A DNA stretch of 64,000 bases, taken from Nemertoderma westbladi (taxonomy: Eukaryota; Animalia; Xenacoelomorpha). Both the position numbers and the translations under genes were made by a program. The stretch is from NCBI GenBank assembly GCA_032718475.1, contig JAUCBJ010001840.1, forward strand, positions 38,302-102,301. Reading direction: 5' to 3'. Positions within the stretch are counted from its first letter, which is position 1; each line of letters starts with the position of its first letter. The notes beneath the pieces are model-generated. The model ran no database searches. It was given only the letters and a program-made list of their open reading frames with translations, and was not told where the DNA came from. Positions 35,759-46,763 of the stretch are shown here, in pieces.

Positions 35759-36299
35759 ATTTACGATTATATCCGTTACAAATTAGATCAGTTAATTATA
35801 AGTCCAGAAAGTCTGAAACTATAGCGATAGCAGAATAATTCAGTTTTTTATTTAATTCAGTTTATTAATAACATTGCTATATAGGCATCTATCATCTTAT
35901 TGCTAATACATTCAGCATTTACAGTTACTATAGCTATTCATAATATCCAACCAGTTTTTTTTATGACTTTTTTGTCCTTTCTTTTTTCTAATTCTTTTCT
36001 TTAGACTTTTTTATACCTTTTTTTTGTCTTTTTTAATTTCATTATTATTTCATCTCATTTCATTTATTTCCACATATATTTCATCATTTAGTTCCACCAT
36101 TTATTTCACATTTATTTATTTCCACATCATCATTGGGTTTATAGCCCCCCGGCTATCATCATTGGTTATAAGCGCAGCACCAGGGTGCGCATCATTTCAT
36201 TTTCATCAGCATATGCGTCATCATTCAGGTTTATAGTAGAGTTGTCTGATCCTTTTCATCGTTTCAAACTATATTCAATCATTTTCTTTGGTTAATCTT

Positions 36300-36731
36300 T
36301 GTCGTGGAAGGGGTGTTACGCGGCAATCTGGGATCTACAGCTGGACTCGTTACACCGCCTACGCCCCAAACTGCACACGTAACGGACAATGACGACGCTG
36401 GGAGTGAAGTCACGTGGATGCACCAGGGACCCACCAGAATAACACTCCCAACAACATAAAGCTCAGTCGACGAAGTCATGTGGGATGGGGTTACTCAACA
36501 TTCTGGGATCTACAGCTGGACTCGTTACACCGCCTACGCCCCAAAATCCACGTAACGGTCCCACCAGAATAACGCGACTGAGAAACATAAAACCCTCTAT
36601 CGTCGAAGTCATGTGGATGCACCATGGACCCACCAGAATAACGGGAAAGAGGGGGTGTTGCGCGGCAATCCGGGATCTACAGCTGGACTCGTTACACCGC
36701 CTACGCCCCGAACTGCGCACGCAACGGACAA
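36300..36731. repeat. Three ~170-bp tandem units between pol and the accessory ORF of Bel3
   Basis: Core GGGATCTACAGCTGGACTCGTTACACCGCCTACGCCCC at 36330, 36505 and 36672. Confidence 0.9.
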
Positions 36732-37004
36732 CATAACATACTGCAATGAATACAATGAATTCCACTTCAAATCTTTTCCATTTCCAATAATCCAATATCA
36801 TTGGTCCCGATGACCAAAATCAGGGTAAACAATACATAAACGACCCTGCGTCGGTCGAAACATCTGCAGGGTGATGCTGGACTCCACATAACACACGAGG
36901 AAACACAAATACCATTGCGTGGTTACAGTTGGTTTAAGGGGGGTCCATAATTCGTTGTCGATAAATCACAGTTTAAAAGAGTTTGTTAACATGATGAGAA
37001 GGGT

Positions 37005-38471
37005 TTAAACGCATTTGTAATTGTCACCAATGTCTGCAGCAGGATCCGTAGTAGGGAACTTATCACCTCTCGTAGAATCACCACTGTCATTGCCTTCAAG
37101 AAGGCACAGCTTTTGGATGGGGCGTTGGTAGTGGCCCGATTTCGTTCGTATCGTCACAGTCCTCGCAAGTCCGTCTTTGCTTGGGTGTATGGTCACGACC
37201 CGCGCCACAGGCCAGTGAACGCGGTCTTTGAGATCTTCTTTAACTAGTACCATGTCGCCAACTGCGACGTTCCGGTAGGTGTTGTTCCATTTCCTCCTGG
37301 TCCGGAGGGTTATGAGGTACTCCTGGGCCCAAATTCTCCACCAATGCGCTGCCAACGCTTGGGCCTTTTTCCAGTTTGTATGTTTCGCGATCTCGTTGGG
37401 ATCCGGGAACATGGTTTCCGGGAGGACGTGGGTTTTGGGTCTCCCCAGTAAGTGGTTAGGAGTGAGGGGCTCCAGGTCTGTGGGGTCGTCGCGGATAGGG
37501 ACAATGGGTCGGTTGTTCAGGGTAGCCGTGATCTCGCAGAATGTTGTGCGGAGGGTGTCATGGGTTACCCGGGTATCGCCTAGAGCGACGCGCATGGATC
37601 GTTTCACTAGGTCGATCAGTTTCTCCCATACCCCGCTCGTATGGGGTGCTAAGGGGGTCTGGAAGTGCCACTGTATCTGGTGTTCCTTCCAGACTTGGGA
37701 TGCGGTGTTATCGGTAAACCATCCCTCGATCGCCTCTCTAAGTTCTCTTTCTCCTCCCACAAAGTTTGTACCATTATCGGAATACATGTGGCGGCATGTC
37801 CCGTTGTTCGCCACGAACCGACGCAGAGCGTTGATGAATGCGTGTTGTGTCAGATTTACCACGATATCTAGGTAAATTGCCCTAGACCTTAGGCAGGTGA
37901 AGATGGCTCCCCAGCATTTGATGTTGGATCGTCGTTCAATAACCGTGAACGGTCCGAAACAGTCCACTCCGGTGACGTAGAATGGTGGGGAATCCGCTTG
38001 TAGACGGGTGGCTGGTAAGTCGGCCATCTTTTGGGTGATTGGTGGCGCTAGGTAACGTCTGCAGGTGAAGCAACGTTTCAACACTTTCCGGATCAGTGGC
38101 TGGATGTGGGTGATCCAATATCTTTGTCTTATATTAGCTATAATCCAATTCTGTCCTGCGTGGTGGTTGTCCTCGTGACATTGTAGAATTAATAGCTTAG
38201 CTAGTGTCGACGTTCCGGGCAGAAGCGCCGGGTATTTAACCTCATATTCGACCGGGGCGTTTGCCATCCGGGTATTCAGTCGGATCAGTCCGTCCTCTCC
38301 CATCATTGGTCTCAGTTGGTAGACTGGGCTGTCCGGTTTCAACGTTTTGCCCGCACTAAGTTGTTCCCATTCATCGGGGAAACTTTCTTTCTGGACATAT
38401 CTAACAATACACTTCTCCGCGATAATAGTTCTTGTATATTCCGTTGAACTATCGGTTTGTTGTTTTTCCAC
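37005..38471 (-). CDS. Bel3 integrase (frameshifted from the polyprotein)
   Basis: HEDNHHAG..CFTC; GVDCFGP, SDNGTNF, GVWEKL. Confidence 0.93.
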   Translation of the reverse strand: MEKQQTDSSTEYTRTIIAEKCIVRYVQKESFPDEWEQLSAGKTLKPDSPVYQLRPMMGEDGLIRLNTRMANAPVEYEVKYPALLPGTSTLAKLLILQCHEDNHHAGQNWIIANIRQRYWITHIQPLIRKVLKRCFTCRRYLAPPITQKMADLPATRLQADSPPFYVTGVDCFGPFTVIERRSNIKCWGAIFTCLRSRAIYLDIVVNLTQHAFINALRRFVANNGTCRHMYSDNGTNFVGGERELREAIEGWFTDNTASQVWKEHQIQWHFQTPLAPHTSGVWEKLIDLVKRSMRVALGDTRVTHDTLRTTFCEITATLNNRPIVPIRDDPTDLEPLTPNHLLGRPKTHVLPETMFPDPNEIAKHTNWKKAQALAAHWWRIWAQEYLITLRTRRKWNNTYRNVAVGDMVLVKEDLKDRVHWPVARVVTIHPSKDGLARTVTIRTKSGHYQRPIQKLCLLEGNDSGDSTRGDKFPTTDPAADIGDNYKCV

Positions 38472-41400
38472 CGTAGGAAGTTGCGAAGGGTTATAACGTG
38501 GTGGACGAGCCGTCTCATGGATGAAGTTCGCTCGATCAACCGATGTAAAGACGCCGCTAGTTGAGTGATCGTCGCGACGTTATAGTGCCTGCCCGAGTCC
38601 TTTGCAGGCTCAGTCAGGCAACTATAAATTTCCACCGCGTTGCTTCGATGGATTTTACGGATCTCTTTATCGTCCTCGGAGTATTTTCCGCTATCGAGCT
38701 CGGGGTCGAATCGGGTACTCCATGTTAATTGTGGCTGCCGTAGGAATTCCGGGCCTGTAAGCCAGAGTTTACTTTTACCGAGTTGTTTTGGGGTGGCGCC
38801 TCGGCTTGATAAGTCCGCTGGGTTTTCCTTCCCGTTCACGTGATGCCACTGTTCTCGGCCGGTACACTGTTTAATCTCCGTGGCTCGGTTTGCAACAAAC
38901 GTGGTGTGACGCCGTGATGGAGAGTGGAGATAATAGAGAACTATACTCGAATCTACCCAGAAGTGTTGAGATTCTATGGGGATCCGTAGGTTCCGCATGG
39001 CCATGCGATTCTGTCTTACTGCCCAAACTGCAGCTTGTAGCTCGAGTCTCGGAATCGTTGCTACGAATTCCCCGGATACTGTCTTTGCTTTGGAGAATAA
39101 GAAGCTTGTATCGCCGTTTCCATCGTTACTTAGTCTCCGTAAGAAGGTGACTACGCCGATTCCGGTATTCGAAGCATCCGAAAAGGTGTGGAGCTGGAAG
39201 ATATCGGTGGGCAGTTTATCGAGGAAGAACGGTCTAGGTATCCGCATAAGATGTAGGTGTTCGAGCTGCTCCGTCCATTTTCTCCATTTGACGCTAAGGT
39301 ATGGGGGAAGCTCTTCGTCCCATCCCAGTCCTTCTATCCACATTTCCTTAATCAGGTTCATTCCGGCCAAGGTTACTGGAGATATGAAATTTAGTGGGTC
39401 GAAGATGGCGCTTTTTATCGACAAACATCCCCTTTTTGTCATAGGCTTGGGTAGGGGTTTATATTTGAAGATGAATTCATCTGATTCTATGTCCCATTCA
39501 ATCCCGAGTACACGATGTTCCACATCCTCCGAATACATCTTGTTATTTTCCAGCCGGATGTCCTCCGGAAACTTTTCCATAAGTGTTTTGTCGTGGGATC
39601 TGAACTTCACGAGCGGAAACCCTCCTTTCTTTAGACATTCTACCATCCCCATTGCTAGCCGATACGCCTCATCTACATTATCCGCGCCGGCGCATCCGTC
39701 GTCCACGTAGAAGCATCGTCGAATGGTTTCTATGACGGTTGGAGGGAACTCGTTTTCGCACATAGTTGCCGTCCTCTTTAGCATGTCACTGCATGCTACC
39801 GGCGAGTCCTTAGCGCCGAAGATCCTGACGACCATACGCATTACGTCTACGTCCTTTATCGTGAGTTGGCTAATCTCCTGTTGAGTAAGCGTTTTATCCG
39901 TCCATAGGATACGTAGACAGTCCGAGTCTCTTGGTAACGTACGAACTTGATGAAACATGGCCTTGATGTCACAGGTGAATGCTACCCGGTTTTCCCTGAA
40001 CCTGATCAATACGCCGATGAGTGTGCTATATATGTTGGGTCCCGTGTAAAGTTGACTGTTTAGGGATTCGCCCTGGTACATAGCGGCAGCATCATTTACC
40101 ACTCGGATTTTCCCACCTTTGCGGGCTTCTACTACATAGTGGGTCGGGAGATAATATGTTCTTTTACCACCTTGCAGTTCGTTCCGTGGTACCATTTCTG
40201 CTAATCCATCATCGAGATATCCTTGGATTACGGTATTATACTTCTCCTTTATCTCGGGTTGGTCATTCAGTCGGCGTAGAATCCCTTTAAGTCGCCTAAG
40301 TGCCATGCTGCCGTTGTTTGCCATTGGTTTGTTTGGGTCCTTCCATAACATAGGTGAACACCAGTGTCCGTCTTTAAACGTGGCCTGGTCGAGAACGTCC
40401 ATACAATATTGGTCTTCTTCGGATGGGTTTTCGTCCTTTTCCGCGAACTCCTGGGTCTCCAAATTAAAATATTTCGTCATCTCTCGTTGGGTTTTCTCGG
40501 TTTCCAGAAACAAATCCTCGTCAAGATCCGAAGCTGAGCAATAACCCACAGAGGTTACATTCTCTTTAATCTGACATTTGGGAAGGTAGGTATAGGTGTC
40601 CGTAGTTTCCTCCTTAATGCCGCAGAGTGTCCATCCCATTATTGTTCGTTCAGCATAAAATCCGTCATCCTGGTTTATAGATCGGGCGATATCTCCGGTG
40701 GGGATGTGTAGTTCCGGTGTATCAAGTCCGATCAGTAGGGTGATACGGTTTACGTCCAACTGCAGACACCTCAGGTCTACATCGTATCGGTCCAATTGTA
40801 TGAGGGGGGCGTACTCGGCTGATTGTCGGAACCGCACCCGGAGGTCTGTGTGTACCAAGGCGTTCTTGATGGTTAACCTAGCCGTTTCGTAGCCCTTCAT
40901 CACTCCTTCCATCTGGAGTTGCACCTCCCCGGACTCTACCTCTTTGTTATCGGTGATGGTTTGTATGGGCCGTTTACAAGGTTCATATTCTAGGCCGAGT
41001 TGCTCGAGGAAATCCCGGTCGATGATGGTTCCGTCGGACCCGTTATCGAGGAACGCGAGTGTCGTCAAAGATTTGCCGACTCCTTGGATCCTTACTGGGA
41101 TTACCTTTGCGAAGACCATGTAGCGGCGATTTATAAGATTAATCGTGGCCGAAATATTTGTTACTTGTGGTGTATCGGTGGAGATTTTAAACGGGTTGGT
41201 TTCTCTCCGTTGGGTTGTCCGGGTTCCTTTGAAGACGTGGTTTGTTTCTCCTCTTCGCCTGGCTTCGATCCGAAAGGGGAGGGTAGTAAAATCGAAGTTC
41301 GCGGGGATGTGGAGGAGCGTGTGATGGCGTTGGTCGTTACAGACAGCACAGCATGATCTTTGGTCGCACTCCCGAACATAGTGACCTGTTCCAAGACACC

Positions 41401-43378
41401 GGAAGCATCCTCGGTGTTTCATTATCGCCTCGAAGTGTGGGACGAGTTCGGCGAACTGAAACTTTCTGGAGAATTCCACTTTATGTTTCTCCCCACAGAA
41501 GAGACAGAGCAGGGAATTTGTGATGCCTTCCCTTTCGGGTGCCCAACTCGCGAGATAACATGCCCATTCCTCAGCGGATGTCGGTTCCTCGTAGCCTTCG
41601 TCGTCGGAATCCTCGGCCATGGTGATGGCCATCGTACTCACCGGTGGGGGGCGGAATCTCGGTTTCGGAGGGGTTATCTTACTCCTGGAGTTGCTTTCTA
41701 TTCCGTCCAACTTTGCGAGACTTTGTTTTGAAAACATCGAGTCATTCATGGCTTCGGAGATATCGTCCAGGAATACCGACATTTCAAGGAAGCTAGGATC
41801 TCGATCTGGATGTCTGCGCCGGAGATCTACACATTTATAAGCCCACTTACTTTGTAGCCATCCGGGGAACTTCCGGGCGATCTGTCGGAGGTTTAGAATG
41901 TTGTTTACCTGGTCCTCCTTATTTAAGGGTTTCAGAGTATAGTAGGCATCTTTCATAGAGTCGGAGAATTCCTGTATGTTCTGTGGGTCCCCTAGTGATC
42001 CCGTGTCCTGTATCAGTCTCTCTAGAGTTTTATTAATTATAGTATCGGTATTTCCGTATCTTTTATCTAGAGTTTTCCATGCGTCATAGTATGCCTCATG
42101 AGAACCTCCTTCAAAACATGCAACAATTCTGCGTGGTTTGTCACCCAGGTATTGCGATAAATATACCAATTTCTGTGCGTCGGCTATGTCCGTTGATCCG
42201 ATCTGCGCAAAGAACCGTTTCTTGAATCTGAGGTAATCGACGGGATCTCCTTCGAAGGTGCGAATCTCCATCTTAGGCATGGCAAGGCGGTTCTCCAACG
42301 CCCGGATGATGCTGACGTCGTCTGAACTGGAGTGACTCGGAGGGTTATAGTTATTGGCACTCACTCCCATACTTGATGGATCGATAATAGGTGGAGTATT
42401 AATGATGACGCGACTACGGGTTTGTGGTGTGGATGTGAATGGGTTGTTGGATCGAGGAGTGGCGTCCCGTTCCGAGTCCCTTTCAGGCTCGTACTTGGGT
42501 ACACTCGTTGCTGTGGGGTTGGATGGGAAATACGGTTCCTCATTTTTAAGCGTAACCGGTGGGGGATGGAACACTGGTGCTTGTGCCGATAACGTAGACT
42601 GTTTGGTAGGCGAAACCTCGGGTTTCGGAAGTTTCGCCGCTGTCGGTATAAATGACTTCTCTAATTCCGGTACCGGGATTGGTTCATATTCCTGATCTAT
42701 ATCCCTTTCCCAGTCCTCGTAGAGTTGAATATCTCGTTCTATTAGTGCGGCTTCGTACTCCGCGAGTTTTGCAATATCCGCATTCTTTTTGTGGATGAGA
42801 ATCGCTTGGGCCTCGGCGTGTTGTTTACGCATTTCTGCTTCCCATTTACGTTGTTCGATCTCCCGTTCGGCCTCTCGTCCACGTTGTTCAGCCTCCTGTT
42901 TGCGTTGTTCGGCCTGCCGTTCGGCCTCGCGTTCACGTTGTTTAGCCTCTCGTTTGCGGTGTTCCGCCTCCTGTTCGCGTTGTTCAGCCTCCTGTTCGTG
43001 TTGTTCAGCCTGCCGTTCGGCCTCTCGTCTATGTTGTTCCGCCTCCTGTTCGCGTTGTTCGGCTTGCCGTTCGGCCGCTTGTTCGGCCTCTCGCTTTTGT
43101 GTTTCGGCGGCTAATACATCTTGCTCGGCTTGCAGTTGGATATACTCATCTTCCATCCGAGCTTTGAGGGCTAATGCCTTCCGTTCTCGCAGTTGGTCTC
43201 GGAGTGGCGGCGCCCCTGGAGAACTGCGCGCTGAGCCGGATATCTCGCTCCTAGCGCTGGAGTGCTGATTTCTAGCGGACCCCGTTCTCTTTCGATGTAC
43301 TGCTGTCCTGATGCTGGAGGATCGTACTGATTCCGCGTCTGTTCTTTCAGCCCTCTTGTAATACTGTTTGTTCCTCAT
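38339..43378 (-). CDS. Bel3 Gag-protease-RT-RNase H polyprotein
   Basis: MPKMEIRTFEGDP, knuckles CFRCLGTGHYVREC/CAVC..HHTLLH, protease FLDNGS, RT YVDD, RNase H LHTFSDAS/IPRLELQAA/NPADLSSRG. Confidence 0.95.
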   Translation of the reverse strand: MRNKQYYKRAERTDAESVRSSSIRTAVHRKRTGSARNQHSSARSEISGSARSSPGAPPLRDQLRERKALALKARMEDEYIQLQAEQDVLAAETQKREAEQAAERQAEQREQEAEQHRREAERQAEQHEQEAEQREQEAEHRKREAKQREREAERQAEQRKQEAEQRGREAEREIEQRKWEAEMRKQHAEAQAILIHKKNADIAKLAEYEAALIERDIQLYEDWERDIDQEYEPIPVPELEKSFIPTAAKLPKPEVSPTKQSTLSAQAPVFHPPPVTLKNEEPYFPSNPTATSVPKYEPERDSERDATPRSNNPFTSTPQTRSRVIINTPPIIDPSSMGVSANNYNPPSHSSSDDVSIIRALENRLAMPKMEIRTFEGDPVDYLRFKKRFFAQIGSTDIADAQKLVYLSQYLGDKPRRIVACFEGGSHEAYYDAWKTLDKRYGNTDTIINKTLERLIQDTGSLGDPQNIQEFSDSMKDAYYTLKPLNKEDQVNNILNLRQIARKFPGWLQSKWAYKCVDLRRRHPDRDPSFLEMSVFLDDISEAMNDSMFSKQSLAKLDGIESNSRSKITPPKPRFRPPPVSTMAITMAEDSDDEGYEEPTSAEEWACYLASWAPEREGITNSLLCLFCGEKHKVEFSRKFQFAELVPHFEAIMKHRGCFRCLGTGHYVRECDQRSCCAVCNDQRHHTLLHIPANFDFTTLPFRIEARRRGETNHVFKGTRTTQRRETNPFKISTDTPQVTNISATINLINRRYMVFAKVIPVRIQGVGKSLTTLAFLDNGSDGTIIDRDFLEQLGLEYEPCKRPIQTITDNKEVESGEVQLQMEGVMKGYETARLTIKNALVHTDLRVRFRQSAEYAPLIQLDRYDVDLRCLQLDVNRITLLIGLDTPELHIPTGDIARSINQDDGFYAERTIMGWTLCGIKEETTDTYTYLPKCQIKENVTSVGYCSASDLDEDLFLETEKTQREMTKYFNLETQEFAEKDENPSEEDQYCMDVLDQATFKDGHWCSPMLWKDPNKPMANNGSMALRRLKGILRRLNDQPEIKEKYNTVIQGYLDDGLAEMVPRNELQGGKRTYYLPTHYVVEARKGGKIRVVNDAAAMYQGESLNSQLYTGPNIYSTLIGVLIRFRENRVAFTCDIKAMFHQVRTLPRDSDCLRILWTDKTLTQQEISQLTIKDVDVMRMVVRIFGAKDSPVACSDMLKRTATMCENEFPPTVIETIRRCFYVDDGCAGADNVDEAYRLAMGMVECLKKGGFPLVKFRSHDKTLMEKFPEDIRLENNKMYSEDVEHRVLGIEWDIESDEFIFKYKPLPKPMTKRGCLSIKSAIFDPLNFISPVTLAGMNLIKEMWIEGLGWDEELPPYLSVKWRKWTEQLEHLHLMRIPRPFFLDKLPTDIFQLHTFSDASNTGIGVVTFLRRLSNDGNGDTSFLFSKAKTVSGEFVATIPRLELQAAVWAVRQNRMAMRNLRIPIESQHFWVDSSIVLYYLHSPSRRHTTFVANRATEIKQCTGREQWHHVNGKENPADLSSRGATPKQLGKSKLWLTGPEFLRQPQLTWSTRFDPELDSGKYSEDDKEIRKIHRSNAVEIYSCLTEPAKDSGRHYNVATITQLAASLHRLIERTSSMRRLVHHVITLRNFLRWKNNKPIVQRNIQELLSRRSVLLDMSRKKVSPMNGNNLVRAKR

Positions 43379-43739
43379 AGCCTCTCACGAGGCTGAGGGT
43401 CCTCCGGTGTTGTTTGCGGAACCCATCTAGATGTACGACGTGTTCTTCCAACTTGGGGTAGTTTTCCTGATCGGTGGGGGGAACGAGCTCTTGGTACGCC
43501 TGTATCATTCTTTCGTACCGCTGTAGGATATTTCGGATACTTTGAAGCTGAGTTTGTACCTCATTGAGGGGGGATTTGACTCCCTTGAGTTGTTTCTCCA
43601 TCCGTTGATACGCTCGGGTTACTCCGCCTTTAAGAGCCCCTAACCGACGGGTCATGTTCTTGACGTTTGGTACCTCGTCGGCTTCCGAGTCTGTGTGGTG
43701 ATCCATCTCGTCGGTATCGGATACGTTATTTGTCGTCAT
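43347..43739 (-). CDS. Bel3 Gag N-terminus (frameshifted)
   Basis: RRLGALKGGVTRAY is a Bel Gag N-terminal-type helix; deleting one G in GAGGGCTGA restores ...VLQEAERTDAES. Confidence 0.8.
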   Translation of the reverse strand: MTTNNVSDTDEMDHHTDSEADEVPNVKNMTRRLGALKGGVTRAYQRMEKQLKGVKSPLNEVQTQLQSIRNILQRYERMIQAYQELVPPTDQENYPKLEEHVVHLDGFRKQHRRTLSLVRGYEEQTVLQEG

Positions 43740-43927
43740 TGTAACGCCTCGTCGATGGCTAGATACGCGATGTCATAAAACAGTTCCTCGTAGGTATTGT
43801 ACTCAGCTTGGACCACCCGAACAGTAATCCTGAATCGTCCGACGTTCGTTCCTTGTACTTCAACTTCGACGTGCCAGATTCCTGGCTCAACTTGAATTAT
43901 ATCAATGGGTGTGATCGATACTTCCAT
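43736..43927 (-). CDS. Bel3 small upstream ORF (63 aa), unknown function
   Basis: ATG-initiated; its stop overlaps the gag start as ATGA. Confidence 0.45.
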   Translation of the reverse strand: MEVSITPIDIIQVEPGIWHVEVEVQGTNVGRFRITVRVVQAEYNTYEELFYDIAYLAIDEALQ

Positions 43928-44177
43928 TCCCTGTTAACAACTCTCCAAATATGTGATCTGCCGACTACGAGTTGGTTAGATCGAGTTTGTTGATTAATTA
44001 AACCACGACTTTGTCTCAACTCAAATACCAGAGTTTCCTCGTAGTTGGTGCTGGCAAGCACGTAGAGAGTTTTGAAGAGTATTGAAGGATTCTCAACTTC
44101 CACCAGTTGAAGTTGACCGTAATTATTCTTAATTTTGACACCCTGTCAAAATTAACCACGTGAATTATTCTTAATTT

Positions 44178-44716
44178 TGTTGCCGTTATCCCAACACCAG
44201 GGGGGAAAAACGCCGATGCTGGAGACGTGACTTTACAGACCACCGAGCCCCGGCCAGTCACCGGATATTGATTGTGGAGAAGGAATGTTTTCTGAGATGC
44301 AAGTTTGCGGTTGATAAAAAGCTGCATTAGTTGGATATACTCTTTAATGTAACTTCCTATAGTTGAAACCTGATTAAGAATAATTTTGGGCTTCCCCAAA
44401 TCAATATACACCAAATATTCACAATAATTATACACGATAATATAAATCCAGGCAGCAGGAAGTTGGCCAGGGCCTAAAAGTACTCAGGCTAACCTGAATA
44501 CTGCTTGCATTTTCCATCCCCCCCTGGCCCTTATAGCTATGAAATTATTCCCGTACCCTGTAAGTTGCCCCAAAGTTCGCCCATAAATCGCCCCCAGTTT
44601 ATTGAATGTGCCCAAAACCCATGGTCCCGCACCCAGTAGTAATATCGGAATAATCAATTTTAATAAAATACAAAAATATTCAACTCGCGTTATGGAAAGT
44701 TGAAATACCGCGAACA
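44178..44716 (-). repeat. Bel3 5' LTR
   Basis: 539 bp, direct repeat of 32556-33095. Confidence 0.97.
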
Positions 44717-44721
44717 GAAAA

Positions 44722-46036
44722 TATGGTTGTCCGAATTAGAATGGGACGCGCCGATATCCCCAATACACGCTAAGCAGTGGAGAGAGTGGGAGGCCAAACA
44801 ACATATATTAAAGGATATAGATATACCCCAATCCTACTTTCCGAATCATTTGGTATTTCCAGCTGATATGGAACTACACCTATTCAGCGATGCAAGTGAC
44901 ACCGTCTTTGGTATGGTAGCATACCTTCGCCGAGAGGTAAGTCAGGATAAGTTTGAGAGAGTCTTTGTTACTTCTTGATCAAAGACAATGCCGATCAAAT
45001 ACATGACTGTCCCTCGTACAAAGTTGCAGGCAGCAGTGGTATCGGTTGAGGTGAGTAAACAAATAAAAGAAGAATTAGACAAGACCTTGACATTATTATA
45101 TTGGACGGATGCATCTTTGGTGCTAGTATATATTGCAGCAGACAATATCGCACTAAAGACGTTAGTAGCTAACAAACGTGCGCAGATAGTCGATTTTTCG
45201 ATGAAGGAGCAATGGAGACATTGTCTGGGAGTGTTAAACCCCGCCGACATAACTTCACGAGGTGCCATACCAGCTGAATTCTGTCAGGAAGAATCACAGG
45301 AGTTTTGGTTACATGGACCAGATTTTCTGACAAGGACGCAGGAACATTGGCCAGAGATGCTGAAGATTGTTACCAATCCGATGCTGATAGATGCGGACTT
45401 CAAGATATATAAGGTTTCCAAGTCCAAGTCGAAGGCCAGACTAGAATCATTGGAGCGGCCCGAAGGATCACTGGAGCAGCCTGAAGAATCATTGGAGCGG
45501 CCCGAAGGATCACTGGAGCGGCTTGAAGAATCGTTGGAGCGACCCGTACACTTGTCGGACCAAGAGACATATGTGACCACAAGGTCCAGAACGGTAAGTT
45601 ATGACATAAAGCCACCCTTACAGACTGCACAAGGAGCGGAAAAGTCGCAGTTAGTAAGTGACAGACAGGAAATAACCATAAAGGTGGAGCCTTCAGTTTA
45701 CAAATCTGTGGATTTTGATTCGAAGATTCCATTAGCGAGTATGCGACCATCACCAGCACCAGAGCCACGTAGTATTTATGACAAATTGATAGAATCGTCC
45801 GCCTCTTGGACAATTCGTCCAATTTGACCTCTTGGCTACAATTTGTAAGAGAACCGCGTGGTTGAGCTGATATGTTTCGTTCCTTTATTTAAAATATGCG
45901 AAACAATTAGGAGAACAAACGAGCACTAACAGTGAGCGAATTCGGAAGTTGAAATAACCTCTGACAGAGGGTGAAATTGATCAACCGGAATTAAAACATT
46001 TGAGACATTATCAGATGTGTGCTTTCCCAAAAGAAT
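44722..46036 (+). pseudogene. Bel4 right part: decayed RT end and RNase H; integrase absent
   Basis: LHLFSDAS, TVPRTKLQAA, YWTDA, NPADITSRG, WLHGPDFL; 21-bp repeats encoding LERPEGS/LEQPEES at ~45450-45545; similarity stops after AFPKEF. Confidence 0.9.
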
Positions 46037-46763
46037 TTAATCCATGCATTGAGACAGGAGACTATAACTTGTCTTATGCATCAAAACAAAATTAGTGTCA
46101 GAACGAAAATTCACTTTGTATGCATTCCTCATATGCAAATACTCAGAAATGCATAGGAGCGGGTTTGTGGTGAATTGTGTTTGAGAACTTGTCTGGTGGG
46201 TATCAAAACAAAATTTGAATTCTTTCATAAAGTATGAAAATTAAAAATTTAAAACCATAAGCGAACCCAAGACAAATCCAAATGCTAAAATAGACGTGTC
46301 TAAGGACCTGTCTATAAGTATACAGAAATTTTGAAAGTTAGTCGTGAAAGTTTGGAAGACATAGTATCTAAACACCATGGTCATGGCTATTATATTTAGG
46401 AGTATAAATTGAGTTCAGTAGATTCCACAGATTGGTGCCAACAGTACAACAACCAAGGGTGCTAAAGGTTAGTAGCACCAGCGGTGTACACAGACCCCAC
46501 TCAGTAGTTCGTAGTGGAGAGAGGTGTTCGATAATCAAACCTGTGGGTTTGGTATAGTCAAGCACCCCAGATATGCCCGTTCTAACTACACTATTCTAAT
46601 ACAAGTATTGGGGAGTAGTTTGGGTATCAAAAAGTAAGTTGGAACAAGGGAGGAAGCTGAGTTACCGTTCGCTCGTCATGGGTGCAAGGACTCAAATGTA
46701 TATTATCATGGACGATCAGTAATAGAGTTAAACACCAATTTCAAGTCAAATTACAACAAGGGA

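Larger units (their letters stand above)
32556..44716 (-). mobile_element. Bel3: full-length young Bel/Pao LTR retrotransposon with accessory exonuclease ORF, nested in Bel4
   Basis: TGT...ACA LTRs at 32556-33095 and 44178-44716 (3 differences seen), TSD GAAAA (32551-32555, 44717-44721), PPT, and gag-pol with two 1-nt frameshifts. Confidence 0.97.

Noticed and set aside
36170-36215. CTGATGA..GAAA on the minus strand (hammerhead core)
   Set aside because: No stem II and no convincing stems I or III.
38400-38480. Programmed ribosomal frameshift before integrase
   Set aside because: Break points differ between Bel2 and Bel3 and are explained by 1-nt indels; Bel/Pao pol is normally continuous.
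37279-43268. Long plus-strand ORFs within Bel3 (and 14430-15074 in Bel2)
   Set aside because: Antisense shadows of gag-pol and of the Gag EAEQR coiled-coil repeats; no independent motifs.
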